NCBI GenBank assembly: GCA_018895275.1
Contig: JAHIOQ010000051.1
Span: 46,409-110,408, forward strand
Direction: 5' to 3'
Origin: Candidatus Omnitrophota bacterium
GTDB lineage: Bacteria > Omnitrophota > Gorgyraeia > B26-G9
Length of the DNA stretch: 64,000 nucleotides
The translations under genes were made by a program, and so were the position numbers. The notes beneath the pieces are model-generated. The model searched no databases, had not been told where the DNA came from, and was given only the letters and a program-made list of their open reading frames with translations. Positions 50,599 to 60,344 of this stretch are shown here, piece after piece; position 1 is the first letter of the stretch; the number at the start of each line of letters is the position of its first letter.

Positions 50599-51703
50599 AT
50601 TCCTTAACCATTCTCTCTAAATTAAAATATTCTTCTACGCGCCTCCGTCCAGCTTCTCCCATCTGTTTTGCTTCTTCCTTGTTTTTCAATAACCTAACAA
50701 TGCCATCGGCTAAGGCCTTAACATCCTTAATAGGAACTAATATTCCCGTTACCCCGTCAACTACTAACTCGGGAACGCCGCCCACATTAAAGCAAACCAT
50801 GGGTTTACTCATCGCCATTGCTTCGACAATAGTCACAGGTACTCCTTCACTAAGCGAGGAAAGAGCGGCAACATCTAAATCTGCCAGTATTCGCGCTGTA
50901 TCTTTTCTATAGCCGGCAAAAATAACCTGTTCCTCTAACCCGAGTTCCCGGCATAATGCCCCGTGTTTTTCTTTCAACGGGCCGTCACCGACAATTAAAA
51001 ATTTTGTCAGGGGAACAGCTTTTAACACTTCCACAGCCGCAGATAAAAAGTATTGGTGGGCCTTTTGCTCATTTAACCTCGCTATTACGCCAACCAATGG
51101 AATCTCGGAGCCTAATCCAAATTCTTTGCGAACCTCACCGATACTTATCCCTTTTCTATAATTTTCCAGATCTATACCTGCATAAATAACTTTAGTTTTG
51201 TAAGAATCCGCATTTTCCTTCGCTATAAGGTTGCCTGCTATGTCTTTGGAAACGGCGACTATCTTTTTCGCATATTTTACTGTAACTATTCTATCTATAT
51301 ACATATATGATTGTTTCTTCCAATGAGAGGAGCTGAGGTCACTTATCGATAAATGACGCGTAAAAATAAAAGGAATACCAGCAAACTTAGCTGCGATACA
51401 GCCAAAAAAGTCCAAGCGGGTTTGATGGGAATGAACGATGGAAATTTTTTTAAGTTTAATTATTCGGACCAACCTATTAATCGCGCCCATATCAAATTTA
51501 CTCTTTGTTTCAAAAGAAATAACCTCCGCTCCGTTCTTCCGGAACTCTTCACTCAATACTCCGTCATGCGGGTAAGCTATTTTAAATTCAAACCGGAATT
51601 TATTAATTTTCTTTAATAGGCACAGCAATAAAATCTCTGCCCCGCCCACAGCTTTCTTCTGTTCTACATCACTAATTAAATGAAGAACTTTAACGATACT
51701 CAT
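50573..51703 (-). CDS. family 4 (GT-B) glycosyltransferase
   Basis: C-terminal EGVPVTIVEAMAMSKPMV and GVPELVVDGVTG motifs. Confidence 0.8.
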   Translation of the reverse strand: MSIVKVLHLISDVEQKKAVGGAEILLLCLLKKINKFRFEFKIAYPHDGVLSEEFRKNGAEVISFETKSKFDMGAINRLVRIIKLKKISIVHSHQTRLDFFGCIAAKFAGIPFIFTRHLSISDLSSSHWKKQSYMYIDRIVTVKYAKKIVAVSKDIAGNLIAKENADSYKTKVIYAGIDLENYRKGISIGEVRKEFGLGSEIPLVGVIARLNEQKAHQYFLSAAVEVLKAVPLTKFLIVGDGPLKEKHGALCRELGLEEQVIFAGYRKDTARILADLDVAALSSLSEGVPVTIVEAMAMSKPMVCFNVGGVPELVVDGVTGILVPIKDVKALADGIVRLLKNKEEAKQMGEAGRRRVEEYFNLERMVKEYEKVYNEV

Positions 51704-51707
51704 AAGT

Positions 51708-53102
51708 TTACCTATTCTCCTTCTTGGATAAGTGCCTCAGCATAACAGCCATCGGGACTATTACCCAAAACTGAAGAATTCGTAAATAAGTTATAAACAT
51801 GCCTCCCACCAAACAAATAATTAAGGATACCTGGAATCCAGAAGTTATATCAGCAAGCAAAAAATCTTTTTTTTCTAAAAATTTCTTTTTTGCTTGCCTG
51901 AAATATTTAAAACTCCATATAAATAAAAACAGCATAAAAATCAGTCCACCTATACCCATTTCGGCGGCAATCAAAATAAATGTATTATGCGCATCCAGTA
52001 ATTTATGTGGACGATTACCCGCTCCAAAAGATTCTTTCAAAAATTCCCACTGGGATATCCCCCATCCCACTCCGCGGAACGGGTTTTTCAAAGCCATTTC
52101 AATTCCCGCCTTAGCAGCTATTACGCGTTCATTAATAGCCGGATCACTCAAATTCAAAATACTACCGACTCTTTCCCAATATATTGAGGGGATAATGAGT
52201 CCAACTATTATAAGAAGCAAAACAATAAAAATAATGCTTGCAATAAAGTTACTTTTTTTCCAAAATCTACCCCCTACAGTAAAAAGGAGGACAAATAATA
52301 ACATCACAAATCCACCCCGAGAATAGGTTAAAGCAATACCGGTAATGATAAATAACGTCATAATAAAAAACAAAATTCTTAAATTTAATTTACGATAGTG
52401 CAACAATAAACTTATTACTACCGGCAGGGGGATAATTGACTCAAAGGCAAAATAATTAGGATCATGAGATAGCCCTTTTATTCTGAGCATCATATCTTGT
52501 TGATATCCGATACCATGAAAATACTGGTAAATACCTATAAGTGATAGTGTTACGGTTATAAAACATAAAAACCATGTTAAAAAAATAACCTCTTTGCGTG
52601 TTTTTATTATATTTACAATAGCAAAATACAAGATTATCGCTTTGGGTGCGAGTTCAAAAAAATATGGCAAGCTAAAATCCGGCCATTTAAAGCAGGACAA
52701 TAGCGCTATGGAAAAAAAACTTAATACCAGTAAATTCTGTGGTGCTTTAACCAATTTAAAATCGCGGTATATTATGGCATGGAATAACCAAATTAATAAA
52801 ACTAAAAATGCTAAAGACTTTGCCGGACTTATTACCGCTAATTCACGAAACCAAAATGTCGGATGGAAGAATATTCCGATTAAAAAAACCAACAGTCCTA
52901 CGTAAAGTTTGAAAAAGATAATAACGCTTAAAGCTATACCAAAAAAAATACCAACTGAAATATACAACGGGAAATATAAAATGCTCAGTCCAATCAGAAA
53001 AGAAATACAACTGATAAGGATGATAACCAATGCGGGAAGTTCAATGATCGGACTTTCTTCTAAAAAATTATTTTCTTCCACTTCAAGGATATTCTTTTTC
53101 AT
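51708..53102 (-). CDS. O-antigen ligase/polymerase (Wzy-like) family membrane protein
   Basis: 464 aa with about 12 TM helices and a large loop containing an R...G motif typical of the Wzy_C family. Confidence 0.55.
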   Translation of the reverse strand: MKKNILEVEENNFLEESPIIELPALVIILISCISFLIGLSILYFPLYISVGIFFGIALSVIIFFKLYVGLLVFLIGIFFHPTFWFRELAVISPAKSLAFLVLLIWLFHAIIYRDFKLVKAPQNLLVLSFFSIALLSCFKWPDFSLPYFFELAPKAIILYFAIVNIIKTRKEVIFLTWFLCFITVTLSLIGIYQYFHGIGYQQDMMLRIKGLSHDPNYFAFESIIPLPVVISLLLHYRKLNLRILFFIMTLFIITGIALTYSRGGFVMLLFVLLFTVGGRFWKKSNFIASIIFIVLLLIIVGLIIPSIYWERVGSILNLSDPAINERVIAAKAGIEMALKNPFRGVGWGISQWEFLKESFGAGNRPHKLLDAHNTFILIAAEMGIGGLIFMLFLFIWSFKYFRQAKKKFLEKKDFLLADITSGFQVSLIICLVGGMFITYLRILQFWVIVPMAVMLRHLSKKENR

Positions 53103-53111
53103 CTTTTTGTC

Positions 53112-54056
53112 TCATTTCGGCAGATTCAGCGCCCAGCGCAGTACAGCATTACTGCGCATAAATATATTTTTGACTTTACTCTTAATTGTTCGCGAGCAGA
53201 AGACATAAACAAAAGGAGCAATAAGCTGGATACAAACGTTAACCAAAATCAACATTATTCGATGCCGGATAACCGCCTTCATTCCATACTGCTTTTTAAA
53301 AAATATCTCTATTGCCTTATGCATCTCTATCAGTGTCTTAAAAGGAATTTGTTCTGCGCTTTTGTTCCAAAAATGAATTATTTGTGCCGTTGGCAAAAAA
53401 TAGATCTTCCAGCCCTTCTTCTTTGTTCTATAGCACGTATCGACATCTTCTCCATACATAAAAAACGCTTCGTCAAACAACAATCCAATATCATCCAGGA
53501 TACCAGCTCTGATCATCATACATGCACCGGTAATCGCATTTACTTCTCTCATATCATTATGATCCCAATATGACATTAGATAATGTCCAAAAATCCTGCT
53601 TTGGGGAAATCTTTTATAAAGTGAAGTTAAAACACAAAACTGGGTAAATGGCGTATTATAATTCCGGGCACATTCGTAACGAATTCTCCCTTCCTGGTCC
53701 ACAATTTTAGGACCTACCATACCTGCCTCTTTGTGTTCTTTCAGAAAATTATACATTTTCAGAATACTATCTTTTAAAACAATAGTATCGGGATTCAATA
53801 GTAAAATAAATTCTCCTTTACTCTCCTTTATCGCTTGGTTATTTGCTTTGGCAAAACCAATATTTTCTTTGTTTTCAATTAAAATTACTTGCGAAAATTT
53901 GTTTTTTATCATTTCCACGCTAGCATCAATAGAATTATTATCCACTACGATAATTTCAAAGGAAATATTTTTCACCGTATTATAAAGAGAAGCGATACAA
54001 TTCTCCAAATAATTTTTTACATTCCAATTAACTATTATTATAGAAAGGGTTAACAT
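53112..54056 (-). CDS. family 2 glycosyltransferase
   Basis: LSIIIVNWNVKNYL and VVDNNSIDAS motifs. Confidence 0.8.
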   Translation of the reverse strand: MLTLSIIIVNWNVKNYLENCIASLYNTVKNISFEIIVVDNNSIDASVEMIKNKFSQVILIENKENIGFAKANNQAIKESKGEFILLLNPDTIVLKDSILKMYNFLKEHKEAGMVGPKIVDQEGRIRYECARNYNTPFTQFCVLTSLYKRFPQSRIFGHYLMSYWDHNDMREVNAITGACMMIRAGILDDIGLLFDEAFFMYGEDVDTCYRTKKKGWKIYFLPTAQIIHFWNKSAEQIPFKTLIEMHKAIEIFFKKQYGMKAVIRHRIMLILVNVCIQLIAPFVYVFCSRTIKSKVKNIFMRSNAVLRWALNLPK

Positions 54057-55126
54057 TTTTCTGCGATTATTTCGTTTAAGGCTCTCTCAAATTGTTCTGT
54101 AGATTTTTCCCAGGTAAACTGCTTTATATAGTTATACCCTTCTTCAGAAATCCGCTTTAATTTTTCTTCATCATCTAATAAAGATAGTAAGTTTTTTGCT
54201 AAAGCTTCCGGTTCTTTCGGCGAGGAAATCAAAGCAGTTTTACCGGGAATGGTATAGTAAAGGATACCTCCGACATTTGTCGCAACAACCGCGCATTTAC
54301 ATGCCATTGCTTCCATAGGTGGCAGCCCCCATCCTTCTGTCCAGCTGGGGAAAAGAAAAATATCACAGGAACAATATAATTTTCTTAAATCTTCACCTTG
54401 TGGAGCTAAATGAAATTCAGCATATAAAGGGATATCTTTATCTTTATGAGTTCCAAATAAAACTAACTTTATTCCCGAATGTTTCGTTCGGGCAAGTTCA
54501 AACGCCTTTATACCATCCTTTGCTCCTTTCCATTCATAGAGACTATAAAGCATGAGAATTCTTTTATTCTTATTATAAATTTTATTCCCATTATAAAATT
54601 GACCTAAGTTGACTCCATTCGGAACTAAATAAGGCTCCTTTTTATTAAATTTTTCAATCATTAACTCTTTAAGCCATGAAGCAATAACAAGTTGATGAAG
54701 ATTGAATTTATAGGTTTCGTTTACTAAGCTTTCCACACCCATCACAACTTCATAATGTTGAATAAAGTATACTTTTCTGCCCTTTTTAAAATGATATCTA
54801 TTTACATAATATGCTGTCGGCCAGGCAGTAGCAATTACTACGTCCCCATCAGGAATGTATCTTTCGGAAAGAGAAGGAATACCGATAACCGGAACCTCAA
54901 CATTAAACCAATCTATCTTATTGCCTTTTCTCAGATTATCAAAAAAAATTCGTATTTTATGAATATGCATACGCAAATTTATCCATTTCTCTCCGAAATT
55001 CAAGGGAAATAACGGATAAAAGATAAGAACTTTATGCCCCCTTACTTTAAGACGGTTAGCGTACTCAAAAACAACCCTAATACCCCCGCATATTTCCAAA
55101 CATGGGAGAAGAAAAATAATTTTCAT
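54050..55126 (-). CDS. family 4 (GT-B) glycosyltransferase
   Basis: EGWGLPPMEAMACKCAVVATNVGG motif. Confidence 0.8.
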   Translation of the reverse strand: MKIIFLLPCLEICGGIRVVFEYANRLKVRGHKVLIFYPLFPLNFGEKWINLRMHIHKIRIFFDNLRKGNKIDWFNVEVPVIGIPSLSERYIPDGDVVIATAWPTAYYVNRYHFKKGRKVYFIQHYEVVMGVESLVNETYKFNLHQLVIASWLKELMIEKFNKKEPYLVPNGVNLGQFYNGNKIYNKNKRILMLYSLYEWKGAKDGIKAFELARTKHSGIKLVLFGTHKDKDIPLYAEFHLAPQGEDLRKLYCSCDIFLFPSWTEGWGLPPMEAMACKCAVVATNVGGILYYTIPGKTALISSPKEPEALAKNLLSLLDDEEKLKRISEEGYNYIKQFTWEKSTEQFERALNEIIAEKC

Positions 55127-55195
55127 TCTTGTCTTTTAACCTCTCTTCTATTTTTAAAACTTTCTTGCACTTTTTTCGCGATTTAAAATCTTCGT

Positions 55196-56638
55196 TTACA
55201 CAATTTTACTATTCATTAATTGACACCTAATCACCTTTATATCTTCTTTAGAAATCCCCTTTGTCAAAAATAACCCACTTACATAAACACCAATACCTAT
55301 CGCAATAAGCAAAAATAAATTTTTATTCATATTTAAATATAAAATCTCTCCCATCAATACAGCACTAAACAAAGGTTTCAAAAAAAACTTTTTAATCTCA
55401 AGTTTAATTATTTTATTAAATTCTATGTAAGAATAAATGAGTAGCACAACCTCACTTACAACAGTGGCAAATGCCGCACCTTTCAGACTGAAACGCGGTA
55501 TCAACAGTGCGTTTAAACCAATATTGATTATAGCTGAAAAGGCTACACCCATAGCATATTTTTTTTCTCTATTACAAGCTAATAATGAATTGGCATAAAT
55601 CATACAAATGAAACTGACGACAACATACCAAATTAAAATCCGGAAGGCAATAATTCCTCCATCATATTGCGGGCCATAAAAAAAATCCATGATTGGTTTC
55701 GCTAAAACCATTCCTCCTACTCCCAGAGGCAACCCTAATATAATCATCAACTTAGCAGAGTAAGAGAGTAAAGTTTTTAACTTTTCCATTGATTCTTTAT
55801 AATATTTAGAAATAACTGGAAAAATAGAAATAATATAAATTCCACCGATAAAAAATAAACCCAGTATTATCTTATATGCTGCATTATACAATCCGACCTC
55901 TTTATCGCTTTTCATAAAACTTAACATAACCGTATCAAAATTATTATATATTTGAATCATTAGCCAAGCAAATCCCATAGGAGATGCCTGTTTCAATAAT
56001 TTCCACCAATTCTGCGGATTAAAATTATATTTTATTACCCCAAATTTTTTAATTAAAACATAAAAAAGAAATATACTGGCAATCGCATTACCTGCTAAAA
56101 ACAAATACGGAAGAATCAATACTTGAGCAGAATTTTTCATTACGCCGATTACCAATAAAAAATACACCAAGCATCCTAATACTCTCGCGAATCCAACAAA
56201 TTCCATCCGTTCAATACCTTGGAAACACCATTCAAGTGACAATGCTAAAGGAAATAAAGAAAACCCGTAAAAAATTATCAAAAATTTAACATCAAGTGGT
56301 TTGGGAATCAAAAATACCACTAAAACTAGTAATAAAAAAGATATTGCTGCCAAAAAAAGCCTCAGGGGAATAATATCCCCAACATATATTCGCAAAACAC
56401 CTCTATTTCTTGCTACTTCGCGGGTTCCTAAAGTCATAAGTCCTGAATTGGAAATGAGCAAGAAATAAGCAAAAATTGCAGAGGCAAAATTAATTCTACC
56501 AAAATTTTCCACCTCTAATATTCTCGCTAAATAAATAGTCGCCAAAAAAGTAATTATTTTGCTTATTATTTCTGTAACCGACAGGGATAAAAAATTTCTT
56601 AAAATTCTTTTTGCCGTTGTCAAAAAAATAGTCTCCAT
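55196..56638 (-). CDS. oligosaccharide flippase (Wzx / MOP superfamily)
   Basis: 480 aa with about 12-14 TM helices and polysaccharide-biosynthesis-protein topology. Confidence 0.7.
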   Translation of the reverse strand: METIFLTTAKRILRNFLSLSVTEIISKIITFLATIYLARILEVENFGRINFASAIFAYFLLISNSGLMTLGTREVARNRGVLRIYVGDIIPLRLFLAAISFLLLVLVVFLIPKPLDVKFLIIFYGFSLFPLALSLEWCFQGIERMEFVGFARVLGCLVYFLLVIGVMKNSAQVLILPYLFLAGNAIASIFLFYVLIKKFGVIKYNFNPQNWWKLLKQASPMGFAWLMIQIYNNFDTVMLSFMKSDKEVGLYNAAYKIILGLFFIGGIYIISIFPVISKYYKESMEKLKTLLSYSAKLMIILGLPLGVGGMVLAKPIMDFFYGPQYDGGIIAFRILIWYVVVSFICMIYANSLLACNREKKYAMGVAFSAIINIGLNALLIPRFSLKGAAFATVVSEVVLLIYSYIEFNKIIKLEIKKFFLKPLFSAVLMGEILYLNMNKNLFLLIAIGIGVYVSGLFLTKGISKEDIKVIRCQLMNSKIV

Positions 56639-56747
56639 TAAAACGATTGCGTTTTATTCAGAATCGTAATTGTTTTATTATTTTTGTATCAAAAATTAGA
56701 ACAGCCACTTTTTGCTAATAAAAATTACATCTCCACTATCGTAAATT

Positions 56748-57704
56748 TTATTTTTTTTTAAAAAAAGTTTCCATATTAATTTTGTACTTGCTTAACATAT
56801 TACATATTAACGCCTTGCAGCATTTTTTTATTTGATTAACCCTCTTAATAAACTGTAAAATAGCGGTGCTGAGCAGGTCTGCCCACACAAGCATATTTCT
56901 CAAAATATTCGGTAACCGTTCGATATTAACTGGAAAATAATTGCAGTACGGGTGAAAAAATCTTGCCCCAGAAGGAATTAATAAGTTCTTAACAATGTTT
57001 TTAAGGGAAATTTGACGGCCTACGCTTATAACAGTATCAGAAATTTTGTCGCCAGGAAGGTAAGTTCTGAAGGGATGATTAGTGACAATTTCAATACCAA
57101 ATATTTGAGCGTATATGGGCAATCTATATTCAAGAAATCCAAGTTCTGGGTTCGTAATTTTAGAGTATTTTTCTAAAAAAATACGAGAAAGAACAACCAC
57201 TATAAATATGCAGAATACAGGATCATGACTATAATTATAATGTTTCTTTATGTAACTTAAAAACTGTAGGTATTTATCTCTTTTTTCTGGAGCTGTTACC
57301 CATTCCCACCCTTGGGCTTCCTTCTCAATTGATCGAACGCCTGATAGAAGAATTTGTCCATGCGGCAGATTAGAAAAAAGCTTCTCTATCGGGGCGAGAA
57401 TTAACATATCCCACTGCACTATAACAATGGAGTCCCAAGGTAAGTATTGACCGCACTGACGATACCACTCCGTGATTAATAAATCACCATTACACCATTT
57501 CCAATATGAGGCGGCATTATACTCAAAAGTATAACAATCATCAAGGTAATCAGTTAATTGAGATATAAATATATCCTTTTGAGCTGGATTTCCTCCATAA
57601 AGACCATAAATATGTATTTTGGGATTGTGCTTTCGTAAAATCTTAAGACGATTTTTGCAAATAAGAGGCTTTTTATAGAACCAGAATAATATAGCTAATT
57701 TCAT
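56748..57704 (-). CDS. hypothetical protein (possibly a glycosyltransferase-like accessory enzyme)
   Basis: It is a 318-aa ORF within the EPS locus with no motif I can name. Confidence 0.3.
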   Translation of the reverse strand: MKLAILFWFYKKPLICKNRLKILRKHNPKIHIYGLYGGNPAQKDIFISQLTDYLDDCYTFEYNAASYWKWCNGDLLITEWYRQCGQYLPWDSIVIVQWDMLILAPIEKLFSNLPHGQILLSGVRSIEKEAQGWEWVTAPEKRDKYLQFLSYIKKHYNYSHDPVFCIFIVVVLSRIFLEKYSKITNPELGFLEYRLPIYAQIFGIEIVTNHPFRTYLPGDKISDTVISVGRQISLKNIVKNLLIPSGARFFHPYCNYFPVNIERLPNILRNMLVWADLLSTAILQFIKRVNQIKKCCKALICNMLSKYKINMETFFKKK

Positions 57705-57760
57705 AATATCAACAGGGTGTAAATGGGGACAACGTCGTTTTTTATTCTAATACTTTAGCA

Positions 57761-57895
57761 ACTCTAACAAATCCCATCCGTTCAATACCTTAAAACCACC
57801 ATTCAAGCAAAAAGGACAGAAAAATAACAACGCAAATCCATAACAATTATGAAAGATTTAATTTCAAGTGGTTTGGAAATCAAAAATAAACTACT
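57761..57895 (-). pseudogene. degenerate duplicate of an internal wzx segment
   Basis: About 80 percent identical over 135 bp to 56181-56322 inside the flippase gene, in the same orientation. No intact reading frame. Confidence 0.5.
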
Positions 57896-58022
57896 CCAAT
57901 CCTAATGCGAATTTTATCGCTTTATTAATTGCCTCCATTTTCTCGGCCCGAAGCGCGCATATCCTTTCACTAATAATACTCTTCCTGACCGTGGTAATCA
58001 TATCAAGATTCACCACGCAAGA
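57896..58022 (-). pseudogene. duplicate 3' fragment of the mazF/pemK toxin gene
   Basis: About 85 percent identical to 32605-32740. The minus strand encodes ...VINLDMITTVRKSIISERICALRAEKMEAINKAIKFALGLE followed by a stop, but has no 5' part. Confidence 0.55.
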
Positions 58023-58727
58023 TTACAAATGCCGATGGATATATTCCGGTATATAATATTCCACCTGCGTCAAAATAACCCCGAGTAATTTAGTGTGGAG
58101 ATTTTTGATTTGCTCCTGCGTTCTCCATAGGACCTCACGCCGCGTCTTTCCGGCCTGAACCGTCAATAAAACCCCGTCTACACAGGGCGCCAGAATACGC
58201 GCGTCCGCAAAAGGTATGAGCGCCGGAGTATCGAATAGCACATAATCGAATTCTTTTTCAAGCTCTGCTATTAAATCTTTCATTTTCTGCGAAGCAAGCA
58301 GTTCCGCCGGATGAGCCGGAATCTCACCTGCCGGCACGAGGGTTAAATTATTAAAATATGTTTTTGTCAGGATATTATCCAGTTGAGCCTGTCCCTTAAG
58401 AAATTCGCTCAAGCCGAGGCCCGCCGGAGTATTCAGCAATTTTTCGATAACCGGGAAACGAAAATCCGCGTTAACCAGAACTATCTTCTTTTCTTTCTCT
58501 TCTGCCATGGCCAGCGCCAGGTTCACCGCCGTGATCGACTTGCCTTCCTGCCGATTCGCGCTGGCAATTATCATCGAACGGAAGGTTTCTCCTCCGTTTA
58601 TTGAGTTCAAATATGTACGGATATTGCGGTATTGTTCGAAAATCGTTGAGCCCGGATTATAATAGGCAACGACCCGCGGGTCAATCCCTGTTTCATTTTT
58701 GGAATTTGTAACAAAGACATTAAACAT
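58023..58727 (-). CDS. BY-kinase catalytic domain / CpsD-CapB-like P-loop ATPase (exopolysaccharide tyrosine autokinase)
   Basis: Walker A QEGKSITAVNLA, Walker A' VLVNADFRFP and Walker B VLFDTPA motifs. Confidence 0.75.
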   Translation of the reverse strand: MFNVFVTNSKNETGIDPRVVAYYNPGSTIFEQYRNIRTYLNSINGGETFRSMIIASANRQEGKSITAVNLALAMAEEKEKKIVLVNADFRFPVIEKLLNTPAGLGLSEFLKGQAQLDNILTKTYFNNLTLVPAGEIPAHPAELLASQKMKDLIAELEKEFDYVLFDTPALIPFADARILAPCVDGVLLTVQAGKTRREVLWRTQEQIKNLHTKLLGVILTQVEYYIPEYIHRHL

Positions 58728-58731
58728 AATT

Positions 58732-60333
58732 TTATATCTGGCCTTCCAATTGTTCCCGGATTATTCTTTCCGTTAATTTTTTATCCTGCAGATAAGAACT
58801 TATCGCCGCTATTATAATAAATACCAGTAAAACAAGCGTGGCCAAAATCATCGCCCGGCGCTGTTTTCGCCTTAGCGACACCGCCTCTTCACGCGTAATC
58901 ATTTTTACGGTAGAACCGATAACCGGAACATCGAGAAACCTATGCGCGTCTTCAATATTTCTAAACGAATGGTCACTGAATTCCACTAAAAAGACACATC
59001 CCAATCCGGACAATATCCCCAGAATCAAGGAAACCAGGGCAATAATAAGTTTTTGCGGCTTGGAAGGCTTTAAAGGCAGCCTGCCTTCTTCGATTATTTC
59101 ATAACGCATTCCCTTTTGCTGCACCTCTACCGCATCCAACCGGTTTTCTTCCACCTTAAGCCGCAGCATTTCATAGATATTGCTCGTTACCTTGCTGTCA
59201 CGGCTTAATCGCGCGTAGTCGCGGTCCTGTTCCGGCAGGCGTTCAATCCGCGATTCATAATCATCAACAAGTTTTTTAAGCTGTATGCGCTGTTTTTTGA
59301 GCGCCTCGTTTTTATTCTTAATATCTTTATATTTCTGTTCAATACTACGAAAAAAAAGCGGGTCGGTCTGGAGCGTCTGACTGCCGATAACCTTTTCCGA
59401 CTCCTCTATTATCCTGCGCCGGGTTTCATCAATCCTTAATTCCAGATCAGGTATTTTGGTCGAGCCCGGGTCACTCTGAAGCAGGCTGTAAACCTGCAAT
59501 TGAGTCCCCCTCAAGTCATTGTTCAAAGAATCAATAATCGGGTTTGCCCGCAGCAGCTCATCATTATTGAGAATCACCGGATCCCTTCCCTTCAGCTGGT
59601 CTTCTGTCTTTTTCAGCTCTTCCTCATTCCTTTGCAGCTCCAGCTCTGTGCCCGTCAATGACGTCTGATAATTAATCAGCAAAGACACATTGATATCCAA
59701 CTCCTTACCCGGCATCTGAAAAGGATTTTTTTTTCTATATTCATATAGCGCGTTCTCTGTTTCTTCCAGCTTTTTCTGATAAATCTCCGCCTGGGTTTCC
59801 GCGAATTTAACCCCGGTCAGCGCCAGTTCTTCTTTTTTTTGGATATTGTAGCTTATAAAGCTTTTTACCAGGGTATTCACTAAACGCTGGGCCATCCTCG
59901 GGTCTTTGTCTTCGTATATCACCTCAAATACCTCAGCCGACCGCAAACGCACGTCCGTATGTTTGATAATCCTTCTTACCAGCTTATCCAATTCCAAGGG
60001 ATTTGCCGCCTTTTTGCCCAACCCAACCGCTTCCAGCACCATAACCAGCTGCGGATAATTAAGGATCTTTTGCGTAAGAGTTTTCAATTGCTCTACGAGG
60101 TTATCCGAGGCCATAGCGATATAGGTGGGTTTCATTGACAATGGATTAATAGCCTTTTCCTCCTGTAACAGTATCAGAACAGATGAGGAATAATATTTCG
60201 GCATCAGAAAACTGCCGATTGAGGCGGTAAAAAAGACAATAAGGAAGGGAATGAGAAAATACTTTTTACGATGAAAGAGAATAAATAAATAATCTCTTAT
60301 GGAAACCTGTGATTGGGAGGTAGATTCCTTCAC
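58732..60333 (-). CDS. polysaccharide chain length determinant (Wzz/GumC, PCP family) protein
   Basis: It has N- and C-terminal TM helices flanking a long coiled-coil periplasmic region. It is adjacent to the BY-kinase. Confidence 0.7.
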   Translation of the reverse strand: MKESTSQSQVSIRDYLFILFHRKKYFLIPFLIVFFTASIGSFLMPKYYSSSVLILLQEEKAINPLSMKPTYIAMASDNLVEQLKTLTQKILNYPQLVMVLEAVGLGKKAANPLELDKLVRRIIKHTDVRLRSAEVFEVIYEDKDPRMAQRLVNTLVKSFISYNIQKKEELALTGVKFAETQAEIYQKKLEETENALYEYRKKNPFQMPGKELDINVSLLINYQTSLTGTELELQRNEEELKKTEDQLKGRDPVILNNDELLRANPIIDSLNNDLRGTQLQVYSLLQSDPGSTKIPDLELRIDETRRRIIEESEKVIGSQTLQTDPLFFRSIEQKYKDIKNKNEALKKQRIQLKKLVDDYESRIERLPEQDRDYARLSRDSKVTSNIYEMLRLKVEENRLDAVEVQQKGMRYEIIEEGRLPLKPSKPQKLIIALVSLILGILSGLGCVFLVEFSDHSFRNIEDAHRFLDVPVIGSTVKMITREEAVSLRRKQRRAMILATLVLLVFIIIAAISSYLQDKKLTERIIREQLEGQI

Positions 60334-60344
60334 TGATAATCTTT

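Noticed and set aside
57868-58056. 62-aa plus-strand ORF
   Set aside because: It is antisense to the duplicated mazF 3' fragment and overlaps the BY-kinase stop. It is an artefact of the duplicated sequence.
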